From Candidatus Thorarchaeota archaeon (GTDB taxonomy: Archaea > Asgardarchaeota > Thorarchaeia > Thorarchaeales > Thorarchaeaceae), in assembly GCA_048882485.1 (NCBI GenBank), contig JBHLRP010000004.1, forward strand, positions 46,896-110,895: a DNA stretch of 64,000 nucleotides, in the 5' to 3' direction. Under the pieces are notes generated by a model. It made no database searches, was not told the origin of the DNA, and was given only the letters and a program-made list of their open reading frames with translations. A program made the translations under genes and the position numbers. Positions 37,877-46,422 of this stretch are shown here, in pieces (position 1 is the first letter of the stretch; every line of letters begins with the position of its first letter).

Positions 37877-39535
37877 TTATCGAAAAATCCCTCTTGGTAG
37901 CGCGACACCTAGTTGTCTTGATAGAATAAGCAGAGTGAGCTTCGCAGCATTGCCCAGCTTCCCATACTCAACTAGGAAGCGCTCAAGGCTCTGTGTTTTT
38001 TGCCATCCTACCCAGAAATCCGGGGGAACATCAGCTAGAGGTATTCCAACTGCAGTGCATATCCGAGAGATGCGTTCAGGACCATAGATCACCTGTCCTC
38101 TAGTCACAAGAATATAGACCATTTCTTCCACAGCCTCAACTTTTGTGGGCTGCAATGACCCAGTTTTTATCACCTTGACCTGAGACCATCGATCTGCACT
38201 GAGCTGCTCAAGCCAGAAGGTGAACTCCTCAAATCCTCTAAGATCATAGGAGGCATAACGGTCAAGGATGCGATGATAAAAAGTCTGGGTTAAACCAGCG
38301 ATAAACCCATCCAGCCGATCTCTATCCAATTCTCCAACAAACTGGGCTAGCATCTTCATCCATTCGCCATATAGAAGCATGAGTCTTTGATGGTTTAGAC
38401 CTTCCAATATTTTGAAGTCAAAGTCAACTGTCCAGCTCTCATCCACGAATCGAAGCTGTCCTAGAGTTTCGGGAGTGTCACTCCGGTTCATTACGCTTCT
38501 TAGTGCTTCTGTTGCCTGTCTCTGATAATGCTCCTCGCCAACACGAAGCGCAGACTCTAGGGCTTCCTTAACCAACAGAATACGCCTCTTCTCAGGGGAC
38601 AAGGCCTCGATGACATCGTTCTCAAGCAAATAGTCCATCACTCGAAGAATCTCACGCTCATCATAAGACCCACCTAGCTCAGCTAGGGTTTCTCGAACAG
38701 TTCGACGGCCATCCATAAGCCCGGCTAGTCTTGGAATGACACCCACCATCTCTGGGTGCAGATTGCGCAGGTCTGCTGTTTCCTTAGATGTCGACTGTAC
38801 ATATCTTAGGAATGAGGTGCGTGATGTCACGAAGTCATTGAAACTGAGTGTGTTGCGGAATCGAATGACACGATGTGCCCATAGTGTTGAGGTTTCAACA
38901 ATCATCTCTTCTTCAGTTGTCCCACTTACCTCGCGAATCTCTCTCACGTTTCTCGAACCATCAATGAAGGGGGCTATCACACTATCAACAAGTGCAATTG
39001 CATCTGGCTTGATGGTGAAATATGGCACCCAGTTATCAGAGAGTTCCTCAAAGGAGAGCTTCTTCATCACACTCTCTCCGAAGGACTCCAAGTAGGCATC
39101 AACAAAGGAGGTGCCTAGCTCAACGGATTTGCATGCTGGAAGCCATTCTAGTTCAAACTCCGCTAGGAGGGAGTCCAACACCTCCGTAGTATCATGTGTA
39201 AGGCGATGCACACCAACTGAGATGAGATTGGTCTGCACACCGCTTATGACTGTGAATATTCTTGTACCATAATCAATCTGGAATTGTGGCGCAGTCTGCT
39301 CAAAGACTTCCTTTGAGAACATATCAATAGCTGCGAAAAAGCTTGATGCCATCACAGGGTCCATTCCAAATGCACGCGGATCGAGCTGCATATAGAATCG
39401 AGGGCTGCCACTCTTGTCTGTGATGAGAATGGCCTCGATGGAATGTCCTGTAATTTCAGCCCACCTCGCTCCAAAAACTAACGGTGAATGAATATTAGCA
39501 TTCTTCGGAGAGCTTTGACAGGTCCTCATCAACAA
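37877..39535 (-). CDS. Longin domain + tandem winged-helix protein (NPRL2-like)
   Basis: N-terminal longin pattern ILITDKSG...ASSFFAAIDMFSKE; two repeats PFIDGSRNVREI and GLMDGRRTVRET; the true start may be ATT at 39454. Confidence 0.75.
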   Translation of the reverse strand: MLMRTCQSSPKNANIHSPLVFGARWAEITGHSIEAILITDKSGSPRFYMQLDPRAFGMDPVMASSFFAAIDMFSKEVFEQTAPQFQIDYGTRIFTVISGVQTNLISVGVHRLTHDTTEVLDSLLAEFELEWLPACKSVELGTSFVDAYLESFGESVMKKLSFEELSDNWVPYFTIKPDAIALVDSVIAPFIDGSRNVREIREVSGTTEEEMIVETSTLWAHRVIRFRNTLSFNDFVTSRTSFLRYVQSTSKETADLRNLHPEMVGVIPRLAGLMDGRRTVRETLAELGGSYDEREILRVMDYLLENDVIEALSPEKRRILLVKEALESALRVGEEHYQRQATEALRSVMNRSDTPETLGQLRFVDESWTVDFDFKILEGLNHQRLMLLYGEWMKMLAQFVGELDRDRLDGFIAGLTQTFYHRILDRYASYDLRGFEEFTFWLEQLSADRWSQVKVIKTGSLQPTKVEAVEEMVYILVTRGQVIYGPERISRICTAVGIPLADVPPDFWVGWQKTQSLERFLVEYGKLGNAAKLTLLILSRQLGVALPRGIFR

Positions 39536-39579
39536 CTGTTATATCTGGAAGGCGTAGAAACCGCACTTGTGGCCTCATC

Positions 39580-40428
39580 ATGACCGAGTCAGACTCAATA
39601 TTGCGACATCCAATGGCGAAGTATGTCAGAGATGACCGCCAACCATGGATCTACTGTTCTGGCTGTTCCATTGGGGTAGTCACACAGATGATAGCACGCG
39701 CTATTGACAACTTGGGTCTTGACTTCTCAAAGGTGGTTGTTATTTCGGGGATTGGTTGCACTGGCAGAACCTCTGGCTACTTCAAGACCGGGACGTATCA
39801 TACAACGCATGGAAGAGCAATTGCCTTCGCTGAAGGTGTTAAGATTGCAAATCCCGAACTAGAGGTCATAGTAGTCAGTGGTGATGGGGACCTTGCTGCT
39901 ATCGGAGGCAATCACCTCATTCATGCCTGCAGACGGAATATCGACATGACGATTATTTGTGTGAACAACTTCAACTATGGAATGACAGGGGGGCAATTCG
40001 GCCCAACAACGGAACATGAGAGGTATTCTCAAACAAGTCCGAGACCAATTGGCAATGTAGAGCATCCCTTCAACCTCGTGAAACTTGCTGCATCATCGGG
40101 AGCCACATTCGTAGCCAGGTGGACCGCTGTGCAGGCGAGGAGAGCGACCAAATCCATTGAGAAAGGCCTCAAGAAGAAGGGCTTGTCCTTCATCGAGATT
40201 ATTGGTGCATGTCCTACTGAATTCGGTAGGATGAACAGACTCGGTGATGGTGTTGAAATGCATCAACACTTGCTTGAAGTTGCCGAAATTCAAAATGGCC
40301 TTCCACCTCATGAAGCTGAACTTGAATATGATACACGAATAGTATGCGGCGAGTTCGTAGACATCGAGAAGCCGGAATACACCTCTGTTCTGAAACAAAT
40401 GAATGAGAAGTTAAAGAAGAAAGGGTGA
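39580..40428 (+). CDS. korB: 2-oxoacid:ferredoxin oxidoreductase beta subunit
   Basis: CSGC, SGIGC, HGRA, GDGD TPP-binding motif, NNFNYGMTGGQ. Confidence 0.93.
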   Translation: MTESDSILRHPMAKYVRDDRQPWIYCSGCSIGVVTQMIARAIDNLGLDFSKVVVISGIGCTGRTSGYFKTGTYHTTHGRAIAFAEGVKIANPELEVIVVSGDGDLAAIGGNHLIHACRRNIDMTIICVNNFNYGMTGGQFGPTTEHERYSQTSPRPIGNVEHPFNLVKLAASSGATFVARWTAVQARRATKSIEKGLKKKGLSFIEIIGACPTEFGRMNRLGDGVEMHQHLLEVAEIQNGLPPHEAELEYDTRIVCGEFVDIEKPEYTSVLKQMNEKLKKKG

Positions 40429-40991
40429 TCTCAGTGAGTAGGTATGAGATCCGAATTGGTGGGTTTGGCGGACAAGGAGTAGTCACCATGGCTGTGGTGA
40501 TGGGAGAAACTGCATCGCTATATGACAAGATGTTCGTTGTCCAGACTCAGTCATACGGCCCTGAGGCACGCGGGGGAGCCAGCAAGAGCGAGCTTGTCAT
40601 CGGTGATGAAGAGATCGACTATCCCAAGGTTCAGGAACCAGATGTGTTCATTGCCATGAGCAGGGCAGCCTACCTAGAGTACGTCGACGGTCTCAAGGAT
40701 GATGGGATTCTCATAATCGATGAAGACCTCGTGACAATTGAAGGGGACCTTCCGGAGGGAGTGACTCTCTACAAGATACCAGCCACTAGGATTGCTGATG
40801 AAGAGGTTGGAACAAAACAGGCCACAAATGTTGTAATGATTGGGGCTTTCACAGCTATAACAGGAAAACTCTCGGTCAAGGGTCTCAAGAAGCGTATTGA
40901 AGAAAGGTGGCCGCGATTTGTGGACACGAACCTCAAGGCGCTCGACCTGGGAATGAAAGCAGGAAAGGCAGCACTGGCTGCCAAAAAGTAG
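40425..40991 (+). CDS. korC: 2-oxoacid:ferredoxin oxidoreductase gamma subunit
   Basis: GFGGQG and SYGPEARGG. Confidence 0.92.
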   Translation: MISVSRYEIRIGGFGGQGVVTMAVVMGETASLYDKMFVVQTQSYGPEARGGASKSELVIGDEEIDYPKVQEPDVFIAMSRAAYLEYVDGLKDDGILIIDEDLVTIEGDLPEGVTLYKIPATRIADEEVGTKQATNVVMIGAFTAITGKLSVKGLKKRIEERWPRFVDTNLKALDLGMKAGKAALAAKK

Positions 40992-41076
40992 CTCAGACGA
41001 AGAGTCCCAAGAGAATCTCTAGAGAAGATTTCATACTGTGCGGTGAAGATGTAATGAAGCGAGTGAGATAGTAAAG

Positions 41077-41865
41077 CTATGCTTCCGCATCTTTCAAGGC
41101 AATAATTGCTGCACCAAGAGCTCCCGTGAGTTGAGGAATTTCCGGCATCCAGAGTTCCGTCTTCAGGACTTCTGAAAGGTAATGACGAAAAGCAGGATTC
41201 AATGCAACACCTCCGGTCACCCCTATGGGAGTGGCAACTCCTACCCTCTTAGATAGCGACCCTATCTTTGAGGCCATTGACTGATGAACACCTGCAGCTA
41301 TGTCAGCCGGGGAATCGCCAGAACCTATACGACCAATTACCTCGCTCTCAGCAAATACTGTGCATGTGCTGCTGATTGTACAAGGTGACTTGGACTCAAG
41401 AGCCAAAGGTCCCAATTCATCCATTGACACCTCTAACACACGTGCCATCACTTCTAGGAATCTGCCTGTACCGGCGCTACATTTGTCATTTAGTTCAAAG
41501 TCTTCAGGTCGACCATTAGACCCTATTCGAATCACCTTGGAGTCTTGGCCACCCACATCGATTAATAGGCGAATGTCAGGATTGAGGGCATTAACACCTA
41601 CACTATGACAGGTGATTTCTGTCACGGTCTTATGAGCCATATCGACTATGTTTCTACCGTATCCAGTACCTATGATGCGACAGTCATCCCTGGTCTTTCC
41701 AGATGCAGTGAATAGAGTTCCCAAGACATGTGCAACTGCGGATGCCGCTGAGGCTCCAGTGCCTTGGAGATGACTCGCGAGGATAGATCCATTTCTGTCT
41801 ACCATGACCCCCTTTGTCGTTGTTGACCCAACATCAAGTCCAATTGCAAATGCTTTCTTTGTCAC
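41077..41865 (-). CDS. CoA-substrate-specific enzyme activase (HgdC/BcrD-like ATPase)
   Basis: GLDVGSTTTK, TGYGR, DVGGQDSK, NDKCSAGTG, CTVFAESE. Confidence 0.93.
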   Translation of the reverse strand: MTKKAFAIGLDVGSTTTKGVMVDRNGSILASHLQGTGASAASAVAHVLGTLFTASGKTRDDCRIIGTGYGRNIVDMAHKTVTEITCHSVGVNALNPDIRLLIDVGGQDSKVIRIGSNGRPEDFELNDKCSAGTGRFLEVMARVLEVSMDELGPLALESKSPCTISSTCTVFAESEVIGRIGSGDSPADIAAGVHQSMASKIGSLSKRVGVATPIGVTGGVALNPAFRHYLSEVLKTELWMPEIPQLTGALGAAIIALKDAEA

Positions 41866-41877
41866 AGTCTTAACATC

Positions 41878-43092
41878 CTAGATGAACATCTCAAGAAGAG
41901 CATCGACACGAGTCTGAATCTGAGCCTCGTTGAAGAGCCGGCTGTCCACCATGTCACCCTCAATCACAACACCTGGGACTCCAGTTCTTTCAGTCACAAT
42001 CTCCTTTGACACAAGCTGACCAAGTGAATAGCGCTTGCAGGACCGGACGGAGAACATGACAAATCCATCCAGATCGAAGTCCTTTATCAGCTGGACCATC
42101 TTGTCGACCTTGGCATCGAGGTTCTTATTGAGATAGACATTCGAATAGATGTCAACGATGCCATCAAGAAGTGAGCTGGTGTCTGTTCCCTCAACGGCGC
42201 CACACCATGCATGAGTGTAGGTATCTGCAGGAAACACGACGCCTCGAGCAGCTAGCTTATTGAAGAATTTGAGAATGAACCATGGAGGAATATTGTCCCA
42301 CAATAGCCTGATCTTCTCCTCTCGTATTGCACCTATACCCTGTTTGACACGGTCCTCAACCTCCGCCAAAAGAACTTCGTAGAACTCCGTACAATGCTCC
42401 ATGCCGCGACTTGAAACGACTGGGGCCATTGTCAGAAAACGATCAGCGCAATTGAGCGGACTCGGCTTATTCTGGCAGGCCTTGAGTGATTGAGTCCAGA
42501 GCTTGATAGCTCTGCTTGAGAGGTCCGAAACTTCTCTAAATCTGTCCTCTTCCAGTGTTGTGTTGAAGGTCTTCGCTAAGAAATCAATGAGCCGCATTAG
42601 ACCCTGTTTTACGTAAGCTCGATGGTGGGGCTTCTGCTCTTCTTCCAGCGGTGGTGTGTCAAGCAGAAACACAGGAGCACCGGTCTGTTCGGAATTTGCA
42701 TCGTACCACTTCAGAATTGTGCCGCAGATGTTATTGCAACCAAGAAGAGCCTGCGGCCTTGGTAATGCCCCCATCGTTACGTCATCGGGCCTGTCTGTTG
42801 ATCCAATGCTCGCCCGGGCATAGGAGCACAACTCCTGCGAGTATCCCAAGTCCTCGGCAAATCCACAGACTTCCGGTCCTATCTTTGTTGCACCAATAAT
42901 CGCTCCAGCCTGCTCAGGATAGGTTGGAAATACATTCATGGCAACTGGAATCTCAACAGGGAATCCAGATGACACCCATGCCAAATTGCCCTCTTCTGAG
43001 GCCGCCATGGCTTCCATTCCGTGACGGAAGGCTATCTGCTGGAGTAGGGCTTGGGTTTCTAGTTTTCTATAGGGCTTCTCGTCGTTACTCAT
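41878..43092 (-). CDS. 2-hydroxyacyl-CoA dehydratase subunit (HgdA/FldB/BcrB-like)
   Basis: ELCSYAR, NNICGT, RSCK cluster ligands, IEGDMVD. Confidence 0.88.
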   Translation of the reverse strand: MSNDEKPYRKLETQALLQQIAFRHGMEAMAASEEGNLAWVSSGFPVEIPVAMNVFPTYPEQAGAIIGATKIGPEVCGFAEDLGYSQELCSYARASIGSTDRPDDVTMGALPRPQALLGCNNICGTILKWYDANSEQTGAPVFLLDTPPLEEEQKPHHRAYVKQGLMRLIDFLAKTFNTTLEEDRFREVSDLSSRAIKLWTQSLKACQNKPSPLNCADRFLTMAPVVSSRGMEHCTEFYEVLLAEVEDRVKQGIGAIREEKIRLLWDNIPPWFILKFFNKLAARGVVFPADTYTHAWCGAVEGTDTSSLLDGIVDIYSNVYLNKNLDAKVDKMVQLIKDFDLDGFVMFSVRSCKRYSLGQLVSKEIVTERTGVPGVVIEGDMVDSRLFNEAQIQTRVDALLEMFI

Positions 43093-43105
43093 TCTTTTCA
43101 CTCCT

Positions 43106-44308
43106 TCAATTGGCATCAATGGTTTCTAAAAAGGTCTGAATTCTGCCTTCAATTCGGGCACGGTCAGAGAGTTCAGAGTCAAGAGGAAGTTTCACAGTTG
43201 GTACACCAACTTCTTCTGCAGCCTTTTCCAAGGACGGTGCTTCAAACTCATCTGGATCACAGAAAGACTGCTCACATACTATCAGTCCCTGGATTGATAG
43301 CTTCGTAAGTACATCTTTGAGGAATGCGACACGTTTCGGCAAGCCTTCCTGAGTTGGCTCACTATGGGCTCCAAGAATCGATCGCGCTGATTCTTGGAAA
43401 GGTTCGCCCTCGGCATTCACTTGGGGTGTGAAAACTGTCTTGAATCCAAAGGACAACATATCGAGCACAAGGGTTGTATCAGTGACCCCGGGAATATTCT
43501 CGATAAGTCCAGCAAACGTTCTTGGTTCTACCATTCCTCCAATCACAGCAATTCTTGGGCTAGATGTATTGATATCTACCTCATAGCCTGATAGATCTTG
43601 GTTTAGCAGAGAATCGCGAAGCTGTTCTACCTTATTCATCTGATTATCATTCTCGAAACTCTCCTCAACCTCCTCCCACTTTCCGTTCATTCGTTCTGAA
43701 ACCTCTTGTGTAGGAGCTGTGAGAAACTCTCCAACAAAATGAGAGAGTTCATTGTATGAAATCAGAGAGGGGTAGAGAAGCCGAGTACAATACATCAACT
43801 GCAACATATCTCGTATCTCATGAAGAAGTAATGCTGCGGTCTTGAAAATCGATTCTGAAAAACCATTGCCGTATATGGTGGCTAGATTGTCAGAGAAAGC
43901 CTTGATCTCCATGGCCAGGAAGTCAACACTTGATTCACCTGCGTCGCCAACTGGATACGTGAGACGAAACACCTTGTCTTCAGGGAATCGCTTCCGCCAG
44001 ACATCGCCTACATTCTGGAGTGCATCACACGTGTTCCCTGAGAAGAGTATGCCAGCCAGTTGAGGGAAGCTGTCATTGATTCTTTGACTGAACAGGTTTC
44101 GAGTCAAGGAACAAGCAAATGTCTGTAGACTTGCCTCATATGCCCCCACTACTGCTGGGTTAGTACGGACAAGAGAGGGTTTGAGTCCGTGAGCTATGAT
44201 CAATTCGTGTGGAGGATGTGGATATATGTAGCCAAGAACTTGCTCACCAGCATCAACAAGCGCTTTCAGGACTTGATTGGATTGTTCGATAACTGTCGGG
44301 TAGCTCAC
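43106..44308 (-). CDS. 2-hydroxyacyl-CoA dehydratase subunit (HgdB/FldC/BcrC-like)
   Basis: QTFACS, NTCD, FCDP, RIQTFLE. Confidence 0.85.
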   Translation of the reverse strand: MSYPTVIEQSNQVLKALVDAGEQVLGYIYPHPPHELIIAHGLKPSLVRTNPAVVGAYEASLQTFACSLTRNLFSQRINDSFPQLAGILFSGNTCDALQNVGDVWRKRFPEDKVFRLTYPVGDAGESSVDFLAMEIKAFSDNLATIYGNGFSESIFKTAALLLHEIRDMLQLMYCTRLLYPSLISYNELSHFVGEFLTAPTQEVSERMNGKWEEVEESFENDNQMNKVEQLRDSLLNQDLSGYEVDINTSSPRIAVIGGMVEPRTFAGLIENIPGVTDTTLVLDMLSFGFKTVFTPQVNAEGEPFQESARSILGAHSEPTQEGLPKRVAFLKDVLTKLSIQGLIVCEQSFCDPDEFEAPSLEKAAEEVGVPTVKLPLDSELSDRARIEGRIQTFLETIDAN

Positions 44309-44567
44309 TGGTACACCTCATCTTTCAGTCGTTGATACTATCAACAATAGCGAACAATCTCCCCTCTACTTTCTTATTTCTTGTGCTACAACTCAACTTG
44401 GAACGAATTTTGATGAAAGCGAGCAATTCCATGGTGCAGATAGTCCATCAGAGGTGAGCAGAAGATTATATCAAGCAGTGTTTTTGTAGAATTTTGTAAT
44501 GCCAGTCGCAAAAGCTAAGGCATTTTGCGCCTGATAAATTGTGAGAGAGAACGGAGTGAACAAATCT

Positions 44568-46313
44568 ATGGAAGAAATGATTTGGCATAAGCATAGGTGG
44601 CCTGAAACCGTCAAGAAGTCATTAGACTATCCTGAAGAGCCACTCTTTGCGATATTGGACAGGACTGCTGCGGAACATCCAGATGCGCCTTCCACCCTAT
44701 ATCAGGGGATTGCGCATCCATTCGCAGAGGTGAAGGATCACGCGGATCGGATTGCTAATTTCCTTTCAAGTAGAGGCATTGGGAAAGGTGACAAAGTTGC
44801 GATTTTCATGCCGAACGTGCCCATGTATCCGCCTGTATTCTTTGGAATCCTTAAGGCTGGAGCAACATGTGTGACCTGTAATCCATCGTATAAAACAGGT
44901 GAACTGAACTTCCAGCTAAAAGACTCGGGTGCGAAGGCTGTGTTTACTTTTGACCATTCCGTCTTCACACCAACAACATATGCCGCGACTAAAGGAACTG
45001 ACGTTGAAACTATAGTGATCTGTAATATCAAGAGCTTTCTACCAAAAATCAAGGCTATTATTGGTGGACTGATAGGAAGGGTGCCCAAGGGCGATTCATA
45101 CGAGGAAGGAACTGTATTCTATGATGACATCATAGAGCAATATGAACCAAAGGCACCAGACGTAAGTATCGATGTTAAAGAAGATCTTGGATTGATTCTC
45201 TATACTGGCGGAACGACTGGTACGCCTAAAGGAGCAATGCTCACTCATTACAACCTTTACAGCAATGTCATGCAGTTTGATGAGTGGGTCCAGCTTGAGC
45301 CTGAGGAGGGAGGACCACCAAAGAAACTCAAACCTGGTGTGGAAATCTTCGTTGGAGCGCTTCCATGGTATCACAGCTATGGTCTAACTCTCACGATGTT
45401 GGCCTCCTATTACATGGGTAGTGCTGTTATTTGCATTCCAGACCCAAGAGCTGGGAAGCCTCCGATGAGTGAAATGTTAGCAGATATTCAGAAGTACAAG
45501 GGGTCAATCCTTCACTGTGTGCCGGCACTATACGCTGGAATGATTAACAACCCAGACGTTGGCAAGTACAACCTGTCATCTCTCAAAGCCTGTGGGTCAG
45601 GTGCCGCACCCCTGCCTCCAGAAGTTGCTAAGGTCTTTGAGAGCACAACCGGAGCCACACTCTTTGAGGGCTATGGTCTGACTGAAACATCTCCAATGAC
45701 ACATGCCAATCCTTCAATCAAGTCTTTGCGAAAGTTTGGCTCAATTGGAGTTCCTATTCCTGACACATATGCAACAATTGTTGACATTGAAACTGGAAAG
45801 AAGGAATTGGAGCAGGGAGAAACCGGAGAGATAGCCATCAGTGGGCCGCAAGTCATGAAAGGATATTGGAACAAACCTGATGAAACTGCGGAGGTGATGC
45901 GAGAAATCAAAGGAAAGCGCTACTTCCTAACTGGTGATATTGGTCATATTGACGAGGATGGATTCTTCGTCATTTCTGACAGGAAGAAGGACATGATCAA
46001 TGTAGGTGGTCTCAAGGCGTATCCGAGAGAGATTGAAGACCTCTTCTTTGAACATCCAAAGGTGCAGATGGCGGCTGTCATCGGTATACCCAGAGAGGAC
46101 GACCCGAGCAATGAGTATGTCAAGGCATATGTCATCCTGAAAGAGGGAGTAACTGCGACTGAAGACGAGTTCATCGCATGGGCCAAGGAAAACATGGCGG
46201 GCTATAAGCGACCCAAAGAAGTGGAATTTGTCGATACTCTTCCAATGACTGCAGTTGGAAAAGTCCTTCGTCGAGAACTTCGTGATGCCGAACTCGCCAA
46301 AATGAAGAAGTAG
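44568..46313 (+). CDS. Long-chain acyl-CoA ligase (AMP-forming)
   Basis: YTGGTTGTPKG, EGYGLTE, TGDIG, DRKKDMI, GKVLRR. Confidence 0.95.
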   Translation: MEEMIWHKHRWPETVKKSLDYPEEPLFAILDRTAAEHPDAPSTLYQGIAHPFAEVKDHADRIANFLSSRGIGKGDKVAIFMPNVPMYPPVFFGILKAGATCVTCNPSYKTGELNFQLKDSGAKAVFTFDHSVFTPTTYAATKGTDVETIVICNIKSFLPKIKAIIGGLIGRVPKGDSYEEGTVFYDDIIEQYEPKAPDVSIDVKEDLGLILYTGGTTGTPKGAMLTHYNLYSNVMQFDEWVQLEPEEGGPPKKLKPGVEIFVGALPWYHSYGLTLTMLASYYMGSAVICIPDPRAGKPPMSEMLADIQKYKGSILHCVPALYAGMINNPDVGKYNLSSLKACGSGAAPLPPEVAKVFESTTGATLFEGYGLTETSPMTHANPSIKSLRKFGSIGVPIPDTYATIVDIETGKKELEQGETGEIAISGPQVMKGYWNKPDETAEVMREIKGKRYFLTGDIGHIDEDGFFVISDRKKDMINVGGLKAYPREIEDLFFEHPKVQMAAVIGIPREDDPSNEYVKAYVILKEGVTATEDEFIAWAKENMAGYKRPKEVEFVDTLPMTAVGKVLRRELRDAELAKMKK

Positions 46314-46322
46314 AACATCAAT

Positions 46323-46354
46323 AGGGGGGATTTCCCCCTCTTTCCTATTTTTCC
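46323..46354 (+). terminator. Hairpin + pyrimidine-tract terminator
   Basis: AGGGGG/CCCCCT stem followed by CTTTCCTATTTTTCC. Confidence 0.5.
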
Positions 46355-46422
46355 CTAACAAATATGAGTAGGCAATGCGATAGCGAGCAGATAGTCTGTA
46401 ATATTGTATTAGGAGTAGATTA

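Noticed and set aside
13995-39521. TGACA(G) upstream of several hdr/kor genes as a shared operator
   Set aside because: A 5-6 nt motif at inconsistent spacing is expected by chance; it cannot be supported without statistics.
41077-44308. Class I benzoyl-CoA reductase
   Set aside because: Only one short activase gene and no ring-cleavage genes in the window; a dehydratase/activator system is more parsimonious.
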